DNA of 43,954 nt, taken from sequence record DRR723986_6320. The stretch is one strand, 5' to 3'. The notes under the pieces were generated by a model, which searched no databases, had not been told where the DNA came from, and saw only the letters and a program-made list of their open reading frames with translations. Position 1 is the first letter of the stretch. Each line of letters begins with the position of its first letter. This document shows positions 1 to 8,521 of this stretch, piece after piece. The position numbers and the translations under genes were made by a program.

Positions 1-176
1 CGAATCCTCTCGGGCGGGCCATCTCTCAAACATTCCCACCTACGCCCGGTGAACTCTTTCATGCTATAACGGCCACCAGTACCGCGCTCCCCGGCCGTCT
101 CGAAATTTTGGCTTTTAGTGTAAGATCTTAGGAATAATTAAAACTAATTGGCTGGGTCTTAACGAGGAACAGAGCA

Positions 177-1052
177 ATGGATTTCGGATTTCGCGTCACC
201 GCTTTGGAGAAAACATTCGGAGCGATTATTGACGATATCGACGTCACCGCGCTGAACGACGTGCAGTTTCAACAGCTCTATGATTTGTGGCTCGACTACG
301 CGCTGCTTATTTTCCCGAACCAGAATCTGACTCCACAGGAACAACAGGCGTTTGCCTGTCGCTTCGGTACCCTGGTGGAGGGTCTGGAGGCAGTAGAGAT
401 CTCCAATGTACTGCCAGATGGCACACTCAGAACTGCGCCGGATGACGATATGATGAAAATCATTCGCGGCAATATGGCATGGCATCAAGACAATACGTAT
501 ATGCCCTTGCAGGCCAAGGGTGCGGTTTTCAGTGCCCGGCAAATCCCGAGTACTGGCGGTGATACGGCTTTCGCTGATATGCGGGCCGCCTGGCAAGCCC
601 TGTCCGAGGAAGAACAACAACGCCTCACCGGTCTAACCGCCTATCACTCCCTGGTCCACAGCCAAAAACAGCTGGGCGAGGAGACCAAGGATAGCGACAG
701 CGAATATATCGGTTATGGTCTCGACGTGGAGAACATCCCACTGCGCAGCCTGGTGAAATTACATCCCGAGACCCAGCAACCCAGCCTCGCCGTGGGGCGA
801 CATGCTTTCGGCATTCCCGGCCTGGAAGCCCAGGAGTCACAAGCCTTACTCGACCAGCTTATTGACTTCGCAACGGCCGATGAGGCGCGCGTCTACCAAC
901 ACCAGTGGCGCACCGGCGACGCAGTGATCTGGGATAACCGCTGCCTGATGCACCGCGCCTGCGACTGGAATTTCACCGAGCCACGCGTGATGATCCACTC
1001 GCGCATAGCCGGTAACGCCGTAACCGAAGCCGCGCTGAATCCGACCCAGTAG
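177..1052 (+). CDS. TauD/TfdA family Fe(II)/2-oxoglutarate-dependent dioxygenase
   Basis: HxD iron motif WHQDNTY, GGDTAFAD, distal His in WDNRCLMHRA; GAGGA RBS upstream. Confidence 0.9.
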   Translation: MDFGFRVTALEKTFGAIIDDIDVTALNDVQFQQLYDLWLDYALLIFPNQNLTPQEQQAFACRFGTLVEGLEAVEISNVLPDGTLRTAPDDDMMKIIRGNMAWHQDNTYMPLQAKGAVFSARQIPSTGGDTAFADMRAAWQALSEEEQQRLTGLTAYHSLVHSQKQLGEETKDSDSEYIGYGLDVENIPLRSLVKLHPETQQPSLAVGRHAFGIPGLEAQESQALLDQLIDFATADEARVYQHQWRTGDAVIWDNRCLMHRACDWNFTEPRVMIHSRIAGNAVTEAALNPTQ

Positions 1053-1095
1053 CGCGCCCTGTACCCGAATGCCTGTTCGGGCATAGACTGGCCCA

Positions 1096-1674
1096 ATGTA
1101 TTTTTCTGATCTTGTGGCTGCACTATTTACCGCCGGGCTTCCCCTGTTCGTGCTCTCCTTCGGACTGATTTCCTGGGCCCTGCATCGCGGTCGGCTGCAT
1201 GGCGAGACCGTCCGGGAATTACAGGATGGCATCAAGGTCCTGCGCAAAACCCAGAAGGACAAGAAAACGCGCGAGAAGATAGACCCCGCCCTGGACAAGT
1301 GGCTTCGATTCGGCGGCGGGTTCTACGGTCTGGTCGCCCTCTACACCTGGTTGCTGGTCGAGTGGGATGAGCTTATGGGATTCCTCTGGGGGCTGGGAGA
1401 CATGGTGCTGAATCTTGATCCCGGCGCGCTGATCGGCTTGCTGATCAAACTGTTCATCGAATCCATCATGAATTTTGTCGTCGCGATCGGCTGGCCGGCT
1501 TACTGGCTGAAGTCGATGAACGAGCCCTGGCTACTGCTGGCTGCAGCCTACGGCGGTTATTGGTTAGGTATGAAGGCTGCCCAGCACGCGGCGCGGGACG
1601 CCCGGTTTCGCGGCGCGATCGACCGCGGGCTGGCACTGCTGCGCCGCGACGGCAGGCAATCACAGGAGGACTAG
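1096..1674 (+). CDS. hypothetical multi-pass inner membrane protein
   Basis: 192 aa ORF filling the gap; about 4 hydrophobic segments and a Lys-rich loop. Confidence 0.75.
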   Translation: MYFSDLVAALFTAGLPLFVLSFGLISWALHRGRLHGETVRELQDGIKVLRKTQKDKKTREKIDPALDKWLRFGGGFYGLVALYTWLLVEWDELMGFLWGLGDMVLNLDPGALIGLLIKLFIESIMNFVVAIGWPAYWLKSMNEPWLLLAAAYGGYWLGMKAAQHAARDARFRGAIDRGLALLRRDGRQSQED

Positions 1675-1688
1675 CCGCCCCCGGGAAA

Positions 1689-2573
1689 TCACTCCCGGGC
1701 CTGTATCGCCTCATTGATCGCTACCAGCCGCCGGGCCTGCTCGAGATGTAACAGCTCGGTCATTTTGCCACCGACCTTGATAACCCCCTTGCCCTGATTC
1801 TCTGGCAGATCAAAGGCTTCGATTATCGCGCGTGCGTGGGCGACTTCCTCGGCATCGGGAGAGAACACCCTGTTGGTCACTGCCAGCTGCGCCGGGTGGA
1901 TCAGGGTCTTGCCCTCAAAACCCAGAACCCGACCTTGCTCGCACTCGGCCAACAAGCCTGGCTCGTTGCTGATGTCGTTGTAGACACCATCGATCGCCGC
2001 AAGACCGTAGGCCCGTGCCGCCGCCAGGGTCAGGGACAAGGCCGACTGGAACGCCAGTCGGTCGGGGGTACTAACGGCGGCAAGTTCTTTCGCCAGGTCA
2101 TTGGTACCCATCACCAGCCCGGTCAGCCGGGTGCTTGCTGCGGTTGCTGCAATCTCCCGGATATTCAGGATAGCCAGCGGCATCTCAATCATCGCCCACA
2201 GGCTCAGCGTTGGCGGCGCACCGGCCTCACCCAGGCGCTCATCCAGTTGCAGGATATCCGCTGCGCTGGTCACCTTGGGGATCAACACGCCATCAGGGCC
2301 GGCGGCCACAGCCATCGCGAGGTCTTCCTCGCCCCAGGGCGTGTCCAACCCGTTGCAGCGAATCAGCACCTCGCGCGGGCCGTAGGCCGCGCTGCGAACT
2401 GCCTGCAGCACGTTGTCTCGCGCTGTTGCCTTGAGCTCCGGCGCCACAGCGTCCTCCAGATCGAGGATCAGCACATCGGCCGCCAGGGTGGCGGCCTTCT
2501 CCAGCGCGCGCGTGTTTGCTCCGGGCATGTAGAGGCAGGAACGCCGGGGGCGCAGTGCGGATTCACTGGTCAT
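1689..2573 (-). CDS. CitE/HpcH-HpaI family CoA ester lyase (citryl-/malyl-CoA lyase-like)
   Basis: RRSCLYMPG, ILDLEDAV, VLIPKV, AMIE, MGTNDL, GFEGKTLIHP motifs. Confidence 0.9.
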   Translation of the reverse strand: MTSESALRPRRSCLYMPGANTRALEKAATLAADVLILDLEDAVAPELKATARDNVLQAVRSAAYGPREVLIRCNGLDTPWGEEDLAMAVAAGPDGVLIPKVTSAADILQLDERLGEAGAPPTLSLWAMIEMPLAILNIREIAATAASTRLTGLVMGTNDLAKELAAVSTPDRLAFQSALSLTLAAARAYGLAAIDGVYNDISNEPGLLAECEQGRVLGFEGKTLIHPAQLAVTNRVFSPDAEEVAHARAIIEAFDLPENQGKGVIKVGGKMTELLHLEQARRLVAINEAIQARE

Positions 2574-2636
2574 GGCATCTCATTCCATATCTGGCGCAAT
2601 GCAGGATCCGCCGGCAACAGACGGGGCGGCACCGCG

Positions 2637-4196
2637 TCAGGGCGCTTCATACTGGTCCCTGACCCACTGGTCGAGCAAGCGGACGCCCCAACCTGCCGCA
2701 CCCTTGGGGGTCGTGGTGCGCCCCTCGAATTCCCAGGCCTTGCCGGCCATATCCATGTGCGCCCACACGGTCTCCGGCTTGACGAAGGTCCCGATGAATT
2801 CGGCACCCGTGCTGGCACCGCCGTAACCGCCCTCCACCGAATTCTTCACGTCAGCGATATCCGACTTGATGGCTTTGACAAATTCCTCGTGCAGGGGCAT
2901 CCGCCAGACCGGCTCACCGGTGCTGGCGCCGGCACGCAGCAACTGCTCCGCGAGCGCATCATCGCGGCTGAACAGACCCGCATAGGCACTGCCAAGCGCA
3001 ACCCGGATGGAGCCGGTAAGAGTCGCCAGGTCGATCAACACGGCCGGGTCGTATTCCTCCTGCGCAAACCACACCGCATCGGCGAGGATCAGGCGACCCT
3101 CGGCGTCCGTATTGATCACCTCGATCGTCTTGCCCGACATCGAGGTGCGCACGTCCCCCGGCCGCTGCGCTTTCTGCGACGGCATATTCTCAACCAGGGC
3201 AGCGACGGCGACAGCATTGACCGGCGCACCGCGCTTAGCCAGCGCCAGCACCGTGCCAGTGACGGCGGCGGCACCGGACATATCGTATTTCATCCGCCAC
3301 ATACCATTACCGCCCTTGATGGAGATACCGCCCGAGTCAAAGGTTACCCCCTTGCCCGCAAACACGACCGGGGCCTGCCCGCGCTGGCCGCCGCTGTACT
3401 CGATAACCAGCAATCTCGGGGGGCGGGCGCTACCCATGCCAACGCCGAGCAGGGAACCCATGCCCCGCTTGGCCATGGCGTCCTCGTCCAGTACCTTGAT
3501 CGATACCTCATCGACACCCTTGAAGGCCGCCCGCGTGCGGGCCACGAAGGACTCCGGGTAAACGACATTGGCCGGCTCACTGATCAGGTCGCGAGTGAAG
3601 CGCACTGACTCGGCGACTGCCGCGCCGTCGTCACGCCAGTTATCCGCCGCCTGCTGCGGGTTGGCCCCGTGCAGGACAACGGCGGTCACGGTATCCAGCT
3701 GGCGCCTGGATTCCTCATCGGTCTTGTAGCTGCCAAACCGGTAGCCACCCGCGTCGAGGCCCAGCGCAAAACTGACCTGTGCGGGGCGCGCCTCCGAGGG
3801 CAGACCATCGAGCATCACGTGCACACGCTCGGGCCGGGACTCCAGCGCCAGCAGCAGGCCCGCCAGACTGCCGCCCAGCAGTTCCAGATCACGCGCCTTG
3901 AGGGGCTCGCTGCCCACGCCCAGCAGGATCACCCGCTCGTACTCCCCGATACCGAACAGGGTCAGGCTCTTGCCGGCTTCGCCGTCGAATCCGGCGGCGG
4001 TAAGCGCCGGGGCGATTTGCTCTGCAAGCGCTGCCGCCGCTGTCGAGGTCAAAGCGTCAGGACTCGCCGGCAGCACCAGGGTCCCTTCGGCAGGCAGCTC
4101 AGCCGCCGCAAAGTCTACGGTCAGGGTGTTTGCGCTGACGCCTGGCGCCAGCCAGAGAAGCATCAATAAGAAGGAAAAGCTCAGCCGCACGGTCAC
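2637..4196 (-). CDS. M17 leucyl aminopeptidase with N-terminal signal peptide
   Basis: GKGVTFDSGG, MKYDMSG, NTDAEGRL, DLATLTG, WAHMDMAG; hydrophobic N-terminus ending GVSA. Confidence 0.92.
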   Translation of the reverse strand: MTVRLSFSFLLMLLWLAPGVSANTLTVDFAAAELPAEGTLVLPASPDALTSTAAAALAEQIAPALTAAGFDGEAGKSLTLFGIGEYERVILLGVGSEPLKARDLELLGGSLAGLLLALESRPERVHVMLDGLPSEARPAQVSFALGLDAGGYRFGSYKTDEESRRQLDTVTAVVLHGANPQQAADNWRDDGAAVAESVRFTRDLISEPANVVYPESFVARTRAAFKGVDEVSIKVLDEDAMAKRGMGSLLGVGMGSARPPRLLVIEYSGGQRGQAPVVFAGKGVTFDSGGISIKGGNGMWRMKYDMSGAAAVTGTVLALAKRGAPVNAVAVAALVENMPSQKAQRPGDVRTSMSGKTIEVINTDAEGRLILADAVWFAQEEYDPAVLIDLATLTGSIRVALGSAYAGLFSRDDALAEQLLRAGASTGEPVWRMPLHEEFVKAIKSDIADVKNSVEGGYGGASTGAEFIGTFVKPETVWAHMDMAGKAWEFEGRTTTPKGAAGWGVRLLDQWVRDQYEAP

Positions 4197-4306
4197 GATC
4201 TCCCAGGCAGAAAAAAGAGCCTTACCTTACCAGCCGGCGAATCCGCTGTCCCGCGATGGAGGCCTGCTGGTGGGGTACCGGGACGAGAAATTGGGTTGTT
4301 GCAGGG

Positions 4307-4342
4307 GTTAAAACAGGACGGCGTGGCCGAACGGCCACGCCG
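4307..4342 (-). terminator. intrinsic terminator after the lectin gene
   Basis: 10-bp stem CGGCGTGGCC/GGCCACGCCG followed by TCCTGTTTT on the minus strand. Confidence 0.7.
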
Positions 4343-4353
4343 GTATCACTGGC

Positions 4354-4815
4354 TTATTGCCAGACCTGGCCGGACGCATCACCACAGGCGGCGGTCACGA
4401 CCTTGGCGCCGCCCTTTGGGGTATCGCCCTGCACCTGCAGGCACTGCCCGGCAGCGTTGGCCAGCCGCTTCTTGCCGTCATGGTTCCACTTCTGGAGATT
4501 GCCAGCGCCGCAATTCTGCACTTTGGCTCCGGCCAGGCACTTGCCGTTATGGGTTACCAGGCGGCTCTGGTCATCGAAACGCCATTTCTGGCTCGCCGCG
4601 TCGGCATCACACTTCCTCAGTACCAGGCCGTCACCCGCCATATCCAGGCAAAAACCGCCGCCCGCCTTGAAGGGCTTGCCCGCCTGGGACTCCTCGACGA
4701 TCTTGTGCCCCTCCTGCTGCATGGCCTTGAGGGCATCCTTGTTGAAATCCACCGCATTCGCGCCTGCCCAGGGAAAAACTACCAATACAACCAGAATAAA
4801 CAGCTGTTTCATCAC
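4354..4815 (-). CDS. secreted ricin-type beta-trefoil (QxW) lectin-domain protein
   Basis: Signal peptide ending ANA; three repeats with CL..C pairs and QKW, QKW, QVW motifs. Confidence 0.8.
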   Translation of the reverse strand: MMKQLFILVVLVVFPWAGANAVDFNKDALKAMQQEGHKIVEESQAGKPFKAGGGFCLDMAGDGLVLRKCDADAASQKWRFDDQSRLVTHNGKCLAGAKVQNCGAGNLQKWNHDGKKRLANAAGQCLQVQGDTPKGGAKVVTAACGDASGQVWQ

Positions 4816-4924
4816 TTTCTTCCATCCAATAGTATGAGAACCCTTTGGGGCAACCTATCTCCTTATCACCAGGTTGGCAACACGTGAGCAGATCGACCCG
4901 ACAGCTGCTGGAATGCGCGCAGAC

Positions 4925-7900
4925 ATGCCCAAACCGCTGAAACTGACTGTTATTGCGGTAGGCGCACTGCTGTTCCTGGCGGCCGTACTGCTTGGAACAC
5001 TGTTTGCACTGATAAGTTCCGAGTCGGGCACCCGCTTTGTGACCGGGCAGGCTGGCCGCTGGACCGGAGACCTGGTGAGCTGGCAGTCGCTGGATGGCAC
5101 GCTGGCCGGTCCGCTGGAAATTCGAGGGCTTCGACTTACCCAGCCCGGGCTGGAACTTACCCTGGATCGACTGGCCCTCGACTGGCAACTCCGGGCACTG
5201 TTGCAGCGCGAGCTGCGGATTACCCGCCTGCAGGCCAGCAATGGACGGCTGCTGCTGACAGACTCCGGTGAAACGCCATCCACCGAACCCTTCAACCCGG
5301 CGAACCTGTCCTCCCCGGTCGACCTGACCCTGCAGGCGGTGCAGCTACGCCAGCTGGACATCCAGCAGGATGACCAACCGGGTCAGCGGATTGACGCGCT
5401 GGACCTGCAGGCAACCCTGCGTGGTGATCAGCTGGAAATCAGCCAGTTGCAGCTGCGCCTGCCGCAGGGCGGTGTGAGTGCCACCGGCAGCACCGCGTTG
5501 CGGGCACAGATGCCGCTTGCACTACAGGCCAGCTGGGACGGCTTGCTGCCGGGCAACGCCGCCGCGGCGTCCGCGCAGGCCAGGGATATCCCGGTCAGCG
5601 GTGATCTCGGCCTGGACGGCACGGTGAACTGGGGGGAGGCCATCCGCTTCGACCTGCGCTACCGGATCCGGGCAGACGGGCTCGAGGCGCTGGTCACTGA
5701 ACTGCCAGCAACCCTTACCCTGCAAGGCATTGCCCAGGGCGCTCAGCAGGCCGATGAGGTGAGACTGCAGCAACTGACTCTCAGCCTTGTCGACCCGCCG
5801 GTTTCGCTGGCTCTGCAGGGCACGCTGACCGACATCAGCACCACCAATCCGGGTTTCGATATCGCCCTCCAGTGGCAGGGCCTGCGCTGGCCCCTGATCG
5901 AGGTCGAGCCCACGATCAGCAGCGACCAGGGTGAGCTGACTCTGGCGGGCAGCACCACGGGTTACGATCTTGCGCTGTCTGCCGACCTCGGCGGGGCCAC
6001 CCTGCCCGCCGGACAGTGGCAACTGCGGGGCCGGGGGGATTTGCAGCAGCTGGACCTGCAGCAGTTGACCGCGGGCGTGCTGGGCGGGGAACTGCGCGCC
6101 AGAGGCCCGGTGAGCTGGGACCCAATGCCTCGCTGGCAGCTTCAGGTCGAGGGCGAGAACCTGGACCCTGCCGGCCTGGTGCCGGATGTTCCCGGGCAGC
6201 TGGCATTGGCGCTGGCCAGCTCGGGCCAGCTTGATCCGGACACCGGCCTGGCTGCCTCGGTCGACCTCCAGCGCCTGAGTGGCACCTTGCTGGACTACGC
6301 ACTGGAGCTTGAGGCCAGCGCCCGGCTCGCCGGTGACACGGTAACCCTGGACGCCCTCAAGCTGCTCAGCGACGGCAACCAGATCAATGCCAACGGGACC
6401 CTTACCCCGGAGGCCCTGGACCTTGACTGGACCCTCGACGCGAGCAACCCCGGGGCGCTGGTACCCGGTGCCAGGGGCAAGCTGACAGCCACGGGCAGGG
6501 CGACCGGCAGCCAGCAAGCACCGCGCATCCTGGCTTCCATCACCGGTTCCAGGCTGCAGCTGAACGAGCTGGCGCTTGCCGCACTGGATGCCGACATCGA
6601 GGCAGGACTGGACTCGCAGGACAAGCTGGCGATCGAGCTGGTCCTTGGCCCGGTGCTCAGCGGCGACCAGACCCTGGCAGCCGGGGCCCGGCTGCAGGTC
6701 ACGGGTAGCAACAGCCAACACAGCCTGAAGCTGGCACTGGATACCGCGAGCGAACACCTGCAGGCCGAGCTGGATGGCGGCCTGGATCTGGAAGCCGCCT
6801 CGTGGTCGGGCCAATTAAGCAGTCTCGCGTTGCAGACGGACAGCTACGGCAACTGGCGGCTGCAAGAGCCCGGTACCCTGTCCCTGGCGGCCGATGCTGC
6901 AGCGCTGGGTAACAGCTGCCTGGCCAGCGAGGACAGCACTGCCCGCATCTGCCTGCGGGCGGATCGGGATGCCGTGGGCCAGAGCCAGCTATCGGCAGAA
7001 ATCGACGCCCTGCCGGTGGCGATGTTGGTGGCGGATATCACCGGCGACCTCGGCGGGCAGCTAAGGGCCAGCCTGGCCGCCGACAACTCCCTCTCTGCCG
7101 ACGCAATGCTGCACATGACCCCGGGGGACGTCCGGGTGCCTGCAAACGAAGGCATAAAGGCGCTGCCCCACGGCGGCGGCGACCTCAAGCTCTCCGTGGA
7201 CCAGAAAGGCCTGGTGGCAGCGCTGGCTTTCGCAGCCCCCGAAGACGGCACTATCCAGGCGCGGGTCGAGTTACCGCAGCTGACCTCGCTACCTCCCGCA
7301 GAGCAACAGCCGCTGGCGGGCCGGGTCCAGGCCAGCCTGCCCAGGTTGGACAGCCTGGCGGCCTGGGTACCAGATCTGGCCGCCACCGGTGGTCGCCTCA
7401 ACGCGGACCTGCAACTGGCCGGCACCCTCAGCCAGCCCGAGCTGCTGGGCGAACTGGTCCTCACCGAGGGTCGGGCGGATGTGCCCGCGGCGGGCCTGCA
7501 GTTACGGCAGATCGAACTGAAAGCGGCGAGCAGCGTGGAGCGGCCCGGCATACTGGACATCGCCGGCAGCCTGACATCGGGCAAGGGCCAACTCACGGTA
7601 ACCGGCGACGCGGATATCAGCGGCCGCGCAGTCAATCTCAAACTGCAGGGCGACCGCCTGCAGGTCTACAACACGGCCGATGCCCGCGCCTCGCTGTCAC
7701 CGGACCTCCAGCTAGGATGGAGCGACGACATCCTGCGCCTGCGCGGGACCCTGACCATCCCTGAAGCAGAGATAACCCCGCAACTGCAGCTCAGCTCCGC
7801 CGCAGCCGCGGAAGACCCGGGCGCGGCCCAGGCGCCGGGCCAGGTGCTGAGCCCATCGCCCGATGTCGTGATCATCAACGCCGGCGAGGAGGAGCGGGTG

Positions 7901-8521
7901 GATGAGCCTGCGGCGGCGGCCCCGTTCCGTATCGACAGCAAGGTCAAGGTCGAGCTGGGCAAGAAGGTCAAGGTTAACGCCCTGGGTTTCGCGAGCCGAC
8001 TGTCAGGCGCCATCACCTTCAGCAACAAGCCGGACCAGGTTGAACTGATCCCCATCGCCGAAGGGCGCCTGGACATCGAGGACGGCACGTTTCGCTCCTT
8101 CGGCCAGGACTTGGATATCGAGACCGGCCAACTGATCTTTGCGGCCGTGCCGGCCACCGAGCCGGAGCTGAACGTACGCGCGGTGCGCTGGATCGATAAC
8201 GACCCGGTGGTAACCGCCGCCGGCGTGCTGGTTACCGGGTCAGTCACTCAGCCGGAGATCGAGATGTTCTCCCGGCCCCAACTGGAAACCAGCCAGATTC
8301 AGTCCTATCTGCTGACCGGGCTCGGCACCGGCGACACGAGTAACGTACTGAGCATCGGCACCTACCTGACGCCAAAGCTGTACGTCGGCTACGGCTACAA
8401 CCTGCTGGAGGGGACCAACGAGTTCAACACCCTGTTCAGTATCACCCCCCGCTATGGGGTGGGCGCCAACGTCGGTGAGGCGGATACCAATGTCAACGTG
8501 ACTATCAGCTATGAGCACTGA
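4925..8521 (+). CDS. tamB: translocation and assembly module subunit TamB (start uncertain: 4874, 4913 or 4925)
   Basis: About 1200 aa; N-terminal TM anchor then SESGTRFV; repetitive beta-rich body; DUF490-like C-terminus (GQDLDIETGQLIF...PELNVRAVR...GTYLTPKLYVGY); overlaps tamA. Confidence 0.88.
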   Translation: MPKPLKLTVIAVGALLFLAAVLLGTLFALISSESGTRFVTGQAGRWTGDLVSWQSLDGTLAGPLEIRGLRLTQPGLELTLDRLALDWQLRALLQRELRITRLQASNGRLLLTDSGETPSTEPFNPANLSSPVDLTLQAVQLRQLDIQQDDQPGQRIDALDLQATLRGDQLEISQLQLRLPQGGVSATGSTALRAQMPLALQASWDGLLPGNAAAASAQARDIPVSGDLGLDGTVNWGEAIRFDLRYRIRADGLEALVTELPATLTLQGIAQGAQQADEVRLQQLTLSLVDPPVSLALQGTLTDISTTNPGFDIALQWQGLRWPLIEVEPTISSDQGELTLAGSTTGYDLALSADLGGATLPAGQWQLRGRGDLQQLDLQQLTAGVLGGELRARGPVSWDPMPRWQLQVEGENLDPAGLVPDVPGQLALALASSGQLDPDTGLAASVDLQRLSGTLLDYALELEASARLAGDTVTLDALKLLSDGNQINANGTLTPEALDLDWTLDASNPGALVPGARGKLTATGRATGSQQAPRILASITGSRLQLNELALAALDADIEAGLDSQDKLAIELVLGPVLSGDQTLAAGARLQVTGSNSQHSLKLALDTASEHLQAELDGGLDLEAASWSGQLSSLALQTDSYGNWRLQEPGTLSLAADAAALGNSCLASEDSTARICLRADRDAVGQSQLSAEIDALPVAMLVADITGDLGGQLRASLAADNSLSADAMLHMTPGDVRVPANEGIKALPHGGGDLKLSVDQKGLVAALAFAAPEDGTIQARVELPQLTSLPPAEQQPLAGRVQASLPRLDSLAAWVPDLAATGGRLNADLQLAGTLSQPELLGELVLTEGRADVPAAGLQLRQIELKAASSVERPGILDIAGSLTSGKGQLTVTGDADISGRAVNLKLQGDRLQVYNTADARASLSPDLQLGWSDDILRLRGTLTIPEAEITPQLQLSSAAAAEDPGAAQAPGQVLSPSPDVVIINAGEEERVDEPAAAAPFRIDSKVKVELGKKVKVNALGFASRLSGAITFSNKPDQVELIPIAEGRLDIEDGTFRSFGQDLDIETGQLIFAAVPATEPELNVRAVRWIDNDPVVTAAGVLVTGSVTQPEIEMFSRPQLETSQIQSYLLTGLGTGDTSNVLSIGTYLTPKLYVGYGYNLLEGTNEFNTLFSITPRYGVGANVGEADTNVNVTISYEH

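Noticed and set aside
1-62. Start of a divergent gene running off the left edge (ATG at 33 or 62, minus strand)
   Set aside because: Too little sequence to support a call
1836-3608. 590-aa plus-strand ORF, and other long antisense ORFs such as 5522-6814, 35980-37089 and 40667-41719
   Set aside because: Shadow frames opposite well-supported genes in GC-rich DNA; no motifs; the Ser-rich one mirrors the Asp repeat
6177-6186. TGGTGCCGGA match to the tRNA-Thr 3' end as a possible att site
   Set aside because: Only 10 bp, inside tamB coding sequence, expected by chance; no integrase present
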